This document shows, piece by piece, positions 7,978 through 16,281 of a DNA stretch of 24,000 bases. The notes beneath the pieces were generated by a model. The model was not told the DNA's origin. It worked only from the letters and a program-made list of their open reading frames with translations, and ran no database searches. The stretch covers positions 5,960 through 29,959 of the forward strand of contig CAVPOX010000016.1 of NCBI GenBank assembly GCA_963707075.1. The letters run 5' to 3'. This stretch comes from an uncultured Acidobacteriota bacterium (GTDB lineage: Bacteria; Acidobacteriota; Thermoanaerobaculia; Multivoradales; JAHEKO01). Each line of letters starts with the position of its first letter. The first letter of the stretch is position 1. The translations under genes were made by a program, and so were the position numbers.

Positions 7978-7993
7978 CGGCGGGGCCCCTCCG
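7978..7993. other. GC-rich imperfect palindrome in the 24-bp gap between the convergent S1-protein and era genes (possible bidirectional terminator stem)
   Basis: cggcgg-ggcc-cctccg can pair 5 of 6 positions around a 4-nt loop. There is no U-tract on either side, so function is doubtful. Confidence 0.2.
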
Positions 7994-7996
7994 GAT

Positions 7997-8932
7997 CTAG
8001 CGCCCCAGGCTGCGATCCAGATCGGCAAGTAGCCTGGCGTTCTCTCTCCATCCAGGCTCGTGTCGCACGTGCAGCTCGAGATAGACCGGACGCCCGAGGA
8101 ACTGCTCGAGATCAAGTCGGGCGCTGGTGCCGATCGACTTGATCATCTGACCTCCCTTGCCCACCAGGATCTTCTTCTGCCCTGGCCGTTCGACCAGAAT
8201 CGAAGCGAAGATCCGGACTGCATCCCTGGGGGCGCCCGCGCCGGGCTCCTGCCAATGTTCGATCAACACCGTCGTGCTGAAGGGTAACTCGTCCCGTGTC
8301 TCTGCCAGCACCTTCTCCCGAATCCTTTCGGCAACCAGGAACCGTTCGGGATGAATGGTCAGCAACTCCGGATCGAATATGGGTTCTCCGAAGGGAATGG
8401 ATTCCCACAACACCTCGAGGAGGTCATCGACGCCATCCCCGGTCGAGGCGCTGATCGGCACGATCTCGGAGAAGGCCCCACTCTCGCCGTAGGTCTTCAT
8501 CCTGGGTAGCAGCTTTGGCTTGGCAACCAGATCGATCTTGTTGAGAGCGAGAATGCGGGGCCCTTCGAGGCCGGTGATCAGATCCAGCATGTAGCGATCC
8601 CCCGAGCCGAAGCTCTTGCTGGCATCCACCAGGAGACAAACGACATCCGCCTCCTCCAGAGACTCCACCGCGTAACGCACCATTTGGCGGTTCATCCGGT
8701 GCTGGGGGCGGTGAATGCCCGGCGTGTCGTAGAACACCATCTGCCCCCGCGGTCCGCTCAGAATCCCGACGATGCGATGACGGGTCGTTTGCGGTTTGTC
8801 GGAGACGATAGCGAGCTTTTCGGCGAGGCATCGATTCATCAGAGTCGACTTACCGGCATTCGGACGCCCGACCAGCGCCACCGTTCCCGCTCTCTTCTCT
8901 GGCCCGCCGGTCGGCTCACTCCTGCGCATCAT
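7997..8932 (-). CDS. era: GTPase Era
   Basis: [16 protein letters not shown] (G1), DKPQTTR, FYDTPG (G3), LNKID (G4) and a C-terminal KH-like region ([24 protein letters not shown]). The track ORF extends to 8989. I prefer the ATG-ATG at 8932, which is preceded by GGGGGAGG 4 nt upstream and gives a typical ~311-aa Era. Confidence 0.95.
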   Translation of the reverse strand: MMRRSEPTGGPEKRAGTVALVGRPNAGKSTLMNRCLAEKLAIVSDKPQTTRHRIVGILSGPRGQMVFYDTPGIHRPQHRMNRQMVRYAVESLEEADVVCLLVDASKSFGSGDRYMLDLITGLEGPRILALNKIDLVAKPKLLPRMKTYGESGAFSEIVPISASTGDGVDDLLEVLWESIPFGEPIFDPELLTIHPERFLVAERIREKVLAETRDELPFSTTVLIEHWQEPGAGAPRDAVRIFASILVERPGQKKILVGKGGQMIKSIGTSARLDLEQFLGRPVYLELHVRHEPGWRENARLLADLDRSLGR

Positions 8933-10175
8933 CGGCCTCCCCCGGTGCCACCTTGACCAGAACTGTCTTGATGCGACGCCCCTCCACACTCTCGACCTTG
9001 AAGCTCAGTCCGTGCGATATCAGCTCTTCACCGGGTTCGGGCACATACCCCAGATGCCCGAAAATCAGCCCCCCCACCGTCTCGAATCTCTCCTCTTCGA
9101 CATCCACATCAGAGAGGTCCTCGAGATCCTCCAGGGGCAGCCGACCATCCACTCTCCAGCCCCCGTCAGGAAGATCCTGGCTAAGTCGAACAACCTCGTC
9201 GTGCTCGTCTTCGATCTCCCCGACGATCTCTTCGAGAAGATCCTCGACCGTCACCATGCCAGCGGTGCCACCGTATTCGTCGACCACGATCGCCACCTGC
9301 TGTCGCTGGGCCTGAAACTCCTTCAGCAACTCGTCAAGCGGTTTGGTCTCGGGCACGAAATACGGCTCCATGGTCAAGGCCGCGATCGGCGTCGTTGTGT
9401 CGTCACGCAAACCCTGCAAGAGATCGCGAATATGCAATATCCCTTCGATCTGATCTACGGTTTCGGTGAAAATGGGGATCCGCGAGTGCTTGGAACTGAG
9501 AAACAACTCCGCCATCGCATCGAGATCGGTTTCGGCAGGTGCACAGACCATGTCGATCCGCGGTGTCATGACACTCTTGACCAACGAATCGCCGAAGTCG
9601 ATCACCCTGAAGATCAGATCCTCTTCACCGGGATCGATGATGCCCTCCTGGGTTCCGACGCTGATGTAGGCCTCGATCTCGTTTTCGGTCACCTGGTCCT
9701 CGTCGTCACGCCGTTCAACCAGCGATGCCGGGAACAACGGGGCAATAATCCACACGAGGGGAGTGGCGACGACCAAGGCGGCCTGGTAGAGAGCCGTGAA
9801 TCCCCGCAGGGCGCTCTCCGGATCACGACCGACAAGCAACCGGATGAGCAGTTCCGTCCCGCCAACCACCACCGCCGAGCCAAGAAGGGCACCCAGAACA
9901 GGGTGGCCAAACCAGGCTCCCATCAACGGCCAAAGGCCTAGAAACAGGCCCAGGGGTGCCACCTTCGCGGCCCAGCCGAGCAAATACCGAAAGGCCTCGA
10001 AACGCAGGGGACGCTCATAGAGAGCCAGGAGACGCCCTCCTGCCTCCTCTGCCCAATGCCGTAGACGGATTGGCCCGCTGCGTTCGAGAAGCGCAGAAAG
10101 CAGTTGCAGCACCACGGTCGCGACGGCCCCGAGAGTCGCCACGATGACCGCCAGCGGAACGGAATCAGTCCACAT
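8916..10175 (-). CDS. corC: CNNM/DUF21-CBS-CorC_HlyC family membrane protein (CorC/YbeX/TlyC-like)
   Basis: 419 aa. It has N-terminal hydrophobic TM segments, a CBS-pair region ([12 protein letters not shown]...HSRIPIF...ILHIRDLL) and a C-terminal transporter-associated domain ([14 protein letters not shown]...[19 protein letters not shown]). It occupies the position between ybeY and era. Confidence 0.9.
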   Translation of the reverse strand: MWTDSVPLAVIVATLGAVATVVLQLLSALLERSGPIRLRHWAEEAGGRLLALYERPLRFEAFRYLLGWAAKVAPLGLFLGLWPLMGAWFGHPVLGALLGSAVVVGGTELLIRLLVGRDPESALRGFTALYQAALVVATPLVWIIAPLFPASLVERRDDEDQVTENEIEAYISVGTQEGIIDPGEEDLIFRVIDFGDSLVKSVMTPRIDMVCAPAETDLDAMAELFLSSKHSRIPIFTETVDQIEGILHIRDLLQGLRDDTTTPIAALTMEPYFVPETKPLDELLKEFQAQRQQVAIVVDEYGGTAGMVTVEDLLEEIVGEIEDEHDEVVRLSQDLPDGGWRVDGRLPLEDLEDLSDVDVEEERFETVGGLIFGHLGYVPEPGEELISHGLSFKVESVEGRRIKTVLVKVAPGEADDAQE

Positions 10176-10614
10176 CAGCTAGCCACTTTCGTCTCAGCCG
10201 GGCTTCGAGTCGCTCCATCTCTCCGGAATCCATTTCGTGGTCGTACCCGAGGCAGTGCAGCACACCGTGGACCAAGAGCAGACGCAGCTCCCTCTGCGTC
10301 GAATGTCCCTGTCGTGTCGCCTGGCTGCGGGTTCTCGGGATCGCGATCACTACATCGCCCAGATGCCGTCCCTCGGCGGAATCACCCCCGGGGAAAGACA
10401 GAACATCGGTCGGTGAATCCTTGCCTCTGAACTGCCTGTTGAGGCTCCGCATCTCATCATCATCGACCAGCCTGACACCGAAGCTGGCGAAATCGGAAGC
10501 CAGCTCGGCGACGAGCGCCGCGAGCCAATCCCGCAGTCGAGCGAGCTCCAGCGCCGGATAGCGATGCGGGTTTTGCACCACGATATCGGTAAGTAGACCG
10601 CTAGCGCCGCTCAT
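10165..10614 (-). CDS. ybeY: rRNA maturation endoribonuclease YbeY
   Basis: 149 aa with the zinc-binding motif HGVLHCLGYDHE. It overlaps phoH by 14 nt upstream and corC by 11 nt downstream. Confidence 0.95.
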   Translation of the reverse strand: MSGASGLLTDIVVQNPHRYPALELARLRDWLAALVAELASDFASFGVRLVDDDEMRSLNRQFRGKDSPTDVLSFPGGDSAEGRHLGDVVIAIPRTRSQATRQGHSTQRELRLLLVHGVLHCLGYDHEMDSGEMERLEARLRRKWLADVD

Positions 10615-11584
10615 CTTTTGCAGTCATTTCCTTGTCTTGCAGATACTTCTCATAAGCCAGAACGATCTTCTGGACCAGTCGATGGCGCACGACGTCCCGC
10701 TCGTCGAAAAAGACGAACCGGATGCCATCGATGGATTTCAGCACCTGCTGAGCTTCGATCAATCCAGAGACCTTTCCCGAGGGCAGGTCGACCTGAGTGA
10801 TATCGCCCGTGATCACGGCCTGAGAATTGAATCCAATTCGGGTCAGAAACATCTTCATCTGCTCGGTCGTGGTGTTCTGGGCTTCGTCCAGGATGACGAA
10901 GCTGTCATTCAGGGTTCGACCCCGCATGAAGGCGATCGGAGCAACCTCGATCGTCCCTCTTTCTAGCAAGCGACCGACCTTCTCGAAACCGATCAGGTCG
11001 TAGAGAGCATCGTAGAGTGGCCGCAGGTACGGATTCACTTTCTCGACCAGATCCCCCGGCAGGAAGCCCAGGCGCTCTCCAGCCTCCACTGCAGGCCGGG
11101 CGAGAATAATGCGACGGACGAGCCCCTCTTTCAACGCTGCGGCTGCCATGGCTACGGCGAGGTAGGTCTTGCCCGTGCCAGCGGGTCCAATGCCGATGAC
11201 CAGATCGAACTCCGACATCGCCTGCAGATAGAGCTGCTGCTTCAGGCTGCGCGGTGTGACCAGTCGACGAACACTCTCCAGGATGCCACTTCCCGTGAAG
11301 AACTCGACCAGAGAGGTTTCGGGAGAGTCTTTCAGCACTCTTATCGCGGTATCGACATCAACCGGCTCGAGCTGATAGCCACTGGATAAAAGACTCGACA
11401 GCTCGTTCAACAGGGTTTCAACCAACCTGGTGGCCGCTTCCTCACCTTCGATACGCAGCTGGCTGCCGCGAGCCATAACGCTGACACCAAAGGCTTTCTC
11501 GATGCGCTTCAGGTTCTCATCGCGGGTGCCAAAGAGTCTTTCCAGACCATCTTCGGCGAGGACGATCTGGCTACTCCCGTTCAA
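10601..11584 (-). CDS. phoH: PhoH-like ATPase (YbeZ)
   Basis: 327 aa with Walker A GPAGTGKTYLAVAMA and Walker B VILDEAQN. The N-terminal part LFGTRDENLKRIEKAFGV is typical of PhoH/YbeZ. TTG start at 11584 with GGGAG upstream. Confidence 0.9.
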   Translation of the reverse strand: MNGSSQIVLAEDGLERLFGTRDENLKRIEKAFGVSVMARGSQLRIEGEEAATRLVETLLNELSSLLSSGYQLEPVDVDTAIRVLKDSPETSLVEFFTGSGILESVRRLVTPRSLKQQLYLQAMSEFDLVIGIGPAGTGKTYLAVAMAAAALKEGLVRRIILARPAVEAGERLGFLPGDLVEKVNPYLRPLYDALYDLIGFEKVGRLLERGTIEVAPIAFMRGRTLNDSFVILDEAQNTTTEQMKMFLTRIGFNSQAVITGDITQVDLPSGKVSGLIEAQQVLKSIDGIRFVFFDERDVVRHRLVQKIVLAYEKYLQDKEMTAKDERR

Positions 11585-11739
11585 GATCGACTCCCGGCGC
11601 AGGCCTCGAGCACACCCAAGCCCGGCAGGACTGGCTCTATCAACAGACTGTGCGGGTCGGGTTCGAGGGCGGGTTCAGAAATGGCGCGATTCTCCCAGTC
11701 GGTCCTAGTCTACCAGTACCCTGTCACCGAAAAAGCGCA

Positions 11740-12597
11740 TCAGGCCTTGCTGTAGTCATAGAAACCGTGCCCAGATTTGCGGCCGAGGCGCCCCGCCAGC
11801 ACCATGTTCTTCAGTAGGGGTGGTGGGGCAAATCGCTTCTCGTGGTATTCGTCGAACATGATGTTGGCAATGTAGTAGGTGGTATCGAGCCCGACAAAAT
11901 CAAGCAGTGTCAGCGGACCCATCGGGTAGCCACAGCCGAGCTGCATCGCCTTGTCGATGTCCTCGACCGAGCCGACGCCTTCCTCGACCGCACGAATCGC
12001 ATCCAGCAGATAGGGGACCAGCAGCCGGTTGACAATGAAGCCTGAGTTGTCCCGGCAGGTCACCGGTTCCTTGCCCACTCCCCTGACAAACTGGCGGGCC
12101 GATTCCATCGACTGCTCTGACGTCATCAGGGTGCGCACCACTTCGACCAATTTCATGATCGGTACCGGGTTGAAGAAGTGCAGCCCGAGAAAGCGGTCTC
12201 CTCTCCGACTGGCCATGGCGATTTCGGTAATCGTCAGAGAGGAGGTGTTGCTGGCGAAGATCGCCTCCTCCTTCACCAGCTCGTCGAGCCTGGCGAACGT
12301 CTGGCACTTCTCATCCAGATTCTCGATGATGGCCTCGATGATCAGATCACAGTCCGCCAGCTGCTCCAGATCGGTTGTCACCTGAAGTCTGGAGAGGGTC
12401 GACTCCCGTTGCTCCGCCTCCAGTTTGCCCTTCTCCACTGCCTTGTCCAGGGACTTACCTATCCTAGCCAACCCCTTCTCAAGAAAGGACTCCTCGACTT
12501 CCCGCACCACGGTCTTCAGTCCCGCCCGCGCACAGACCTCCGCGATCCCTGCTCCCATCAACCCACAACCCAGAACACCCACCTTCTCGATAGTCAT
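11740..12597 (-). CDS. hbd: 3-hydroxybutyryl-CoA / 3-hydroxyacyl-CoA dehydrogenase (NAD-binding)
   Basis: 285 aa. KVGVLGCGLMGAGIA is the Rossmann GxGxxG. SNTSSL, GLHFFNPVPIMKLVEV, GFIVNRLL and MGPLTLLDFVGLD match the Hbd/HADH pattern. Strong AAGGAGAG Shine-Dalgarno. Confidence 0.9.
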   Translation of the reverse strand: MTIEKVGVLGCGLMGAGIAEVCARAGLKTVVREVEESFLEKGLARIGKSLDKAVEKGKLEAEQRESTLSRLQVTTDLEQLADCDLIIEAIIENLDEKCQTFARLDELVKEEAIFASNTSSLTITEIAMASRRGDRFLGLHFFNPVPIMKLVEVVRTLMTSEQSMESARQFVRGVGKEPVTCRDNSGFIVNRLLVPYLLDAIRAVEEGVGSVEDIDKAMQLGCGYPMGPLTLLDFVGLDTTYYIANIMFDEYHEKRFAPPPLLKNMVLAGRLGRKSGHGFYDYSKA

Positions 12598-12612
12598 ACG
12601 ATCTCTCCTTGC

Positions 12613-13089
12613 TCATTCGTCATCGATCCCGGAACCTTCCGGCCAGGTCAGCGATAGCTCTGCTTCATCGATTCCACTGATCTCGAAGCGGCGCTCGTTC
12701 GGGGGTTCGAGAACCTCCACAGACAGACGCACCGCTCCGGGTACCTCGAAGGGGAGTTTATCGCCCCATTCCACCGCCTTGACGCCAGGCCCCGCCAGGA
12801 TCTCCCACAGACCGAGCGCTTCGAGGTCGGCATTGTCGAGCCGATACAGGTCGATGTGAATCAGATGCCCCTGACCGCCCTCGTGCTCCCTGACGAGGGT
12901 GAAGCTCGGAGACTGCACCTGTCGGTAGTCGATACCCAGTGCGATGGCCAACCCCTGGGTCACCACCGTCTTGCCGCTTCCCAGATCACCCGACAGCAGG
13001 AGAACTCCGTCCGGGGCCAAACTGCGCCCCAGAGCCGCACCGAGAGACCTTGTGCCTTGCTCGTCCCGCGTGGTGTAAGTCAGAAGCAC
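12613..13089 (-). CDS. tsaE: tRNA t6A37 threonylcarbamoyl-transfer complex ATPase subunit TsaE (YjeE)
   Basis: 158 aa. The P-loop LLLSGDLGSGKTVVTQG is followed by SPSFTLV..Y...HIDLYRL, which is characteristic of TsaE. The GTG start shares one base with the nnr stop (TAGTG). Confidence 0.9.
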   Translation of the reverse strand: MLLTYTTRDEQGTRSLGAALGRSLAPDGVLLLSGDLGSGKTVVTQGLAIALGIDYRQVQSPSFTLVREHEGGQGHLIHIDLYRLDNADLEALGLWEILAGPGVKAVEWGDKLPFEVPGAVRLSVEVLEPPNERRFEISGIDEAELSLTWPEGSGIDDE

Positions 13090-14630
13090 TATCGGAGCTG
13101 CTGCAGGGCATGGGGGATGGAATTCAGGATATCGCCGGCCGCCAAGCTGACTTCGCCGACCTCCTCGGCCTCCAGGTCACCCGCGGCTCCATGGACGTAC
13201 ACACCGAGGCAGGCCGCAATCAGGGGATCATGCCCCTGTGCAATAAAGGCCGCGATCAGTCCCGTCAGCACATCCCCGCTCCCTCCCGTTGCCATTCCGG
13301 GATTTCCCGTTGGGTTCACAAAGACGGCACCATCGGGTGCAGCCACAAGACTCTGGGCCCCTTTCAGGACAACGACCGACCTGCTTCTGGCGGCCGCCTC
13401 TCTGGCGTTTGCTACCCGATCCTCCTGCACTTCAGCGGCGGTGGATCCCAGAAGCCTCGCCAACTCACCCGGGTGAGGGGTCAGCACCCGGGGACCAGCT
13501 CCCTCCCCGATCTTGTCGAGAGCTCCGCTAAAGGCATTCAGACCATCGGCATCCAGGACGATAGGAGTCTCGCACCTGTTGACCAGGCCTTGCACCACCT
13601 GTGTCGTACTTCGTTCGGTCCCCAAGCCGGGACCTATGGCCAGGACCTGCTTGTCTCTCGAAAACTCGAGAAGCTGCTCGAGGGTGGTCTCGGCGAGGCC
13701 GCGATCCTCGTCTACTTCTACCGGCAATGTCATCGACTCGAGCGATCCCAGATCGACCGTCTGCACGAGCATCTCGGGTGTGGCCACTGTTACCAGGCCG
13801 GCTCCCCCCCTGACCGCGGCCCGAGCCGCCAGAATGGCGGCTCCCGCCTTACCAATCGAACCTGACAGAAGCACACAATGTCCGTAGTCTCCCTTGTGGC
13901 TCGCGACTGGCCGGATGCCCAAGGTGTCGGCCAACTCCTCGCGGGTAAGCAGGTAGAGATCGCCGGCAGCCTCCTCGATCAACTGCTGCGGGATGCCGAG
14001 GTCCGCAATCACCACCTCGCCGACAGCGCTCGCTGCTGGCTGCAGTACGTGAGGCACCTTCGGAGCCGCAAAGGTCACGGTCAGATCGGCAAAAACATGG
14101 GGCCCGATGATCTCGGCACTGCTGCCGTTGAGCCCGCTCGGCAGGTCTACCGCAATCCGCGGAACCTGCAGCAGGTTGAAAGCGGCGACCACTTCCGCGA
14201 AGAGCCCCTCGAGCGAACGGGTCAGGCCGGTTCCAAACAGGGCATCGACCGCCAGGTCGAGTCCGGCGCCCGCGTTTACCGCCTGACGGGCCGACTCCTC
14301 ATCCTGGAACTCATGAATGGCCAGGCCAAGCTTGCGACAGATTGCCAGTTGCGTCTCGGCGTCGGCACTCAGTCCTCTGGCTGTCCCGAACAGACTCGTT
14401 TCCACGTGATAGCCCCGCACCGCAAGATGACGTGCCAGGGCCAGCCCGTCTCCACCGTTGTTTCCGGGTCCACAGAAAATAGCCACGGATGTCGCCTCAG
14501 GGTAGCTCGTCGACAGGGCATCGACCAACCCGATTGCCGCGTTCTCCATCAGGACGAGACTGGGCACTCCGATCTCCTCGATCGCAGCTCGATCGACTTC
14601 CCGCATGGCATTCGCATCCAGAATTTTCAT
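13089..14630 (-). CDS. nnr: Bifunctional NAD(P)H-hydrate repair enzyme Nnr (epimerase + ADP-dependent dehydratase; YjeF)
   Basis: 513 aa. The N-terminal YjeF_N part includes MENAA and FCGPGNNGGDGLALARHL. The C-terminal carbohydrate-kinase-like part includes HKGDYGH, LDADGLN, LTPHPGE and GGSGDVLTGLIAAF. Confidence 0.95.
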   Translation of the reverse strand: MKILDANAMREVDRAAIEEIGVPSLVLMENAAIGLVDALSTSYPEATSVAIFCGPGNNGGDGLALARHLAVRGYHVETSLFGTARGLSADAETQLAICRKLGLAIHEFQDEESARQAVNAGAGLDLAVDALFGTGLTRSLEGLFAEVVAAFNLLQVPRIAVDLPSGLNGSSAEIIGPHVFADLTVTFAAPKVPHVLQPAASAVGEVVIADLGIPQQLIEEAAGDLYLLTREELADTLGIRPVASHKGDYGHCVLLSGSIGKAGAAILAARAAVRGGAGLVTVATPEMLVQTVDLGSLESMTLPVEVDEDRGLAETTLEQLLEFSRDKQVLAIGPGLGTERSTTQVVQGLVNRCETPIVLDADGLNAFSGALDKIGEGAGPRVLTPHPGELARLLGSTAAEVQEDRVANAREAAARSRSVVVLKGAQSLVAAPDGAVFVNPTGNPGMATGGSGDVLTGLIAAFIAQGHDPLIAACLGVYVHGAAGDLEAEEVGEVSLAAGDILNSIPHALQQLR

Positions 14631-14655
14631 CCTCGACTCCCAGATCTCGACATTG

Positions 14656-15336
14656 TCAGAGGCGACCCCATGACCACAACAGCCGCCGCGTTCGCGGACA
14701 ATCGATCGCGGCCTTTTCGCGCAACCGCCGACACAATCGATCCAGATCCGCCGGCGTATCCACGTCGCTGCCTGTGGGAAGCAGCGCGACCTTCAGGTCC
14801 AGCTCACGACAGTGATCCAAAGTGACCTCGAGGACATCGGATGAGCTCCAGGGAACTTCCTGGAATATCTCCGGTCTCAGGGCCTCCCGTCTGAGGGCGA
14901 TCAAGTAGTACCCGCCATCGTCGGCCGGACCCAAAGCGACGTCCGCTCCGCCGACCAGCTTATCGAATGCCTGGTGCACAAGCGAGAGGGGTATGTCCGG
15001 ATGATCGCTACCGATGGCGCCTACCGCCGGGAACTCTCTGGCCACTTCGGAGAGCCCTCTGAAGAGCCTGTGACCGAGATCTCCCCCAGACTGGCGCAGA
15101 GCTGGGACCGAAGAGACCGGCAAGGGCTCCGCCGAATCGACTGCCCAGGCCAGCCGCAGATCGAACCGACCCCGCTCCAGGCGACCGAGAAGGTCGTCGA
15201 GGAACGCCGCATGAAGTGCCGCCGCCTGGACGGCGCTCAGCTCACCAATCAGGCGGGTCTTGACCTTCCCGGGCAGGGCGGGCTTGGAGAAAACCAGCAC
15301 GCATTCCGTCCCGGTTGCATCTCTGTGGCTGGTCAT
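14656..15336 (-). CDS. DUF2064 / TIGR04282-family glycosyltransferase-like protein
   Basis: LVFSKPALPGKVKTRL, QSGGDLGHRL, IGSDHPDIP, GPADDGGYYLIAL, VPWSSSDVL and DVDTPADL follow the DUF2064 pattern. The track ORF starts at TTG 15360; the first ATG is at 15336. Neither has a clear Shine-Dalgarno. Confidence 0.8.
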   Translation of the reverse strand: MTSHRDATGTECVLVFSKPALPGKVKTRLIGELSAVQAAALHAAFLDDLLGRLERGRFDLRLAWAVDSAEPLPVSSVPALRQSGGDLGHRLFRGLSEVAREFPAVGAIGSDHPDIPLSLVHQAFDKLVGGADVALGPADDGGYYLIALRREALRPEIFQEVPWSSSDVLEVTLDHCRELDLKVALLPTGSDVDTPADLDRLCRRLREKAAIDCPRTRRLLWSWGRL

Positions 15337-15442
15337 GAAGTTCCGATCAGGGGCCCGCAAGGCGATTTTCAGCTAAAATGAGGAGTCTGCTGAGCGACGA
15401 AACGAGCCTCAAGTCGCCGCCGGAGGGGAAGGAGAGTGCGAG

Positions 15443-15631
15443 ATGACGAAGTGGGAGTATCACATCATCAATATCCGCAGCGAGAACTACCGCCTCGACC
15501 CCAATGCTGTTCGAGAGCTCAATGTGCTGGGTGAGGAGGGCTGGGAGCTGATCTCCATCAGCTCGGTGAACTTCAAGAGCGGCGCTACCGACAACATCGC
15601 CATGGTGTTCAAACGGCCCAGGGAAGCCTGA
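15443..15631 (+). CDS. DUF4177-like small protein
   Basis: 62 aa. MTKWEYHIINI...LNVLGEEGWELISI fits the short beta-alpha-beta DUF4177 pattern (xWEYkvv...LN.lG.eGWELv). GGAGGGGAAGGAGAG Shine-Dalgarno region upstream. Confidence 0.7.
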   Translation: MTKWEYHIINIRSENYRLDPNAVRELNVLGEEGWELISISSVNFKSGATDNIAMVFKRPREA

Positions 15632-15641
15632 AGTCGGAACC

Positions 15642-15884
15642 TCAATCCCTCTTGGCGCGCCGCCACCAGATCCCGGCTCCGACAGCCACTCCGGCCGCCA
15701 GGGCCAGGACCGGCAGAACCAGGTGCGATGACCAACGAGGCTCTGATCCGGTCTCCAGACGGAGTGAGCGGCGCAAGGCGAGCCAATCGCCGGCAAACTG
15801 TTTCCGAACCTCTGCAAGGTGCTCGGCCGAGGCCTCAGGGGAGGAACTCTGTCTCATCTCGATCCGCGATCTCCGATCGGTCAT
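15642..15884 (-). CDS. Small C-tail-anchored membrane protein (YqjK-like position and architecture)
   Basis: The track ORF is 15642..15941. The ATG at 15884 is preceded by GAGGGG 6 nt upstream. The product is MTDRRSRIEMRQSSSPEASAEHLAEVRKQFAGDWLALRRSL...HLVLPVLALAAGVAVGAGIWWRRAKRD, a polar N-terminal part plus a single C-terminal TM. It overlaps the 3' end of the upstream holin-X-like gene by 50 nt. Confidence 0.55.
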   Translation of the reverse strand: MTDRRSRIEMRQSSSPEASAEHLAEVRKQFAGDWLALRRSLRLETGSEPRWSSHLVLPVLALAAGVAVGAGIWWRRAKRD

Positions 15885-16281
15885 CCGAATCCCCTCGCGG
15901 CAGCAGGTTGTTGCGCCACCAGTCCTTGTGATCCTCGACATGGCGCCGCATCGTATCGATCGGTGCCTCGAGATCGCGTAGTCTCCGCCGTGCGACTCCG
16001 CCCAGTATCAATGCCAGGGTGAGGAGACTCCCCAGGACGATCAGCGACGCGCCCCAGCCCGGCACCCAGAGCAGCAGCACCTGGAAAAGAGCAAACCCCG
16101 CCGCGCCGACAACCCAAAACGCCATAATGGCCGCCACTACCGCCAAGGCGATCGCCATGCCGAATCGCCGGCCAGTGTGACGAAGATCCTGCTTGAGCGA
16201 TGCAACCTCGGCCTCGGCAACCTCGATCAGGGATTCGCCGAGGGATGCTACGAGGTCCCGCCACCGTCTCAAAATGCGCAT
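15835..16281 (-). CDS. Two-TM membrane protein of the phage-holin-3_6 / Holin-X / DUF1469 (YqjE-like) type
   Basis: 148 aa. An amphipathic N-terminal helix (LIEVAEAEVASLKQDLRH) is followed by two long hydrophobic segments (FGMAIALAVVAAIMAFWVVGAAGFALF; WGASLIVLGSLLTLALILGGVA) and a charged tail. Its start ATG shares a base with the stop of the upstream VWA gene (TAATG, 16279..16283). Confidence 0.65.
   Translation of the reverse strand: MRILRRWRDLVASLGESLIEVAEAEVASLKQDLRHTGRRFGMAIALAVVAAIMAFWVVGAAGFALFQVLLLWVPGWGASLIVLGSLLTLALILGGVARRRLRDLEAPIDTMRRHVEDHKDWWRNNLLPRGDSDDRSEIADRDETEFLP

Noticed and set aside
8933-8989. Longer Era start (track ORF to 8989), which would overlap corC by 74 nt
   Set aside because: The ATG-ATG at 8932 has a GGGGGAGG Shine-Dalgarno and gives a normal Era length. 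The extra 19 residues ([19 protein letters not shown]) are W/R-rich and unlike Era N-termini.
8796-9941. 381-aa plus-strand ORF opposite corC/era
   Set aside because: Codon-aligned antisense shadow of corC. The product has no recognisable domain, while the minus strand encodes clear DUF21-CBS-CorC and Era proteins.
11585-11739. GGTTCGA-like motifs (gggttcgagggcgggttcaga) in the largest intergenic gap, suggesting a tRNA T-arm or tRNA-like element; also a 24-codon plus-strand ORF starting at 11681
   Set aside because: The flanking bases cannot form a T-stem or acceptor stem on either strand. The mini-ORF lacks a Shine-Dalgarno and runs antisense into the hbd stop codon.
12939-14825. Two plus-strand ORFs (308 aa and 315 aa) opposite nnr
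   Set aside because: Both are codon-aligned with nnr and give R/P/S/G-rich translations. nnr on the minus strand has all YjeF_N and YjeF_C motifs.
15835-16281. Holin-family protein as evidence of a prophage lysis cassette
   Set aside because: There is no endolysin, spanin, terminase, capsid or integrase gene nearby. The family also includes non-lytic cellular membrane proteins such as E. coli YqjE, and the flanks are chromosomal housekeeping genes.
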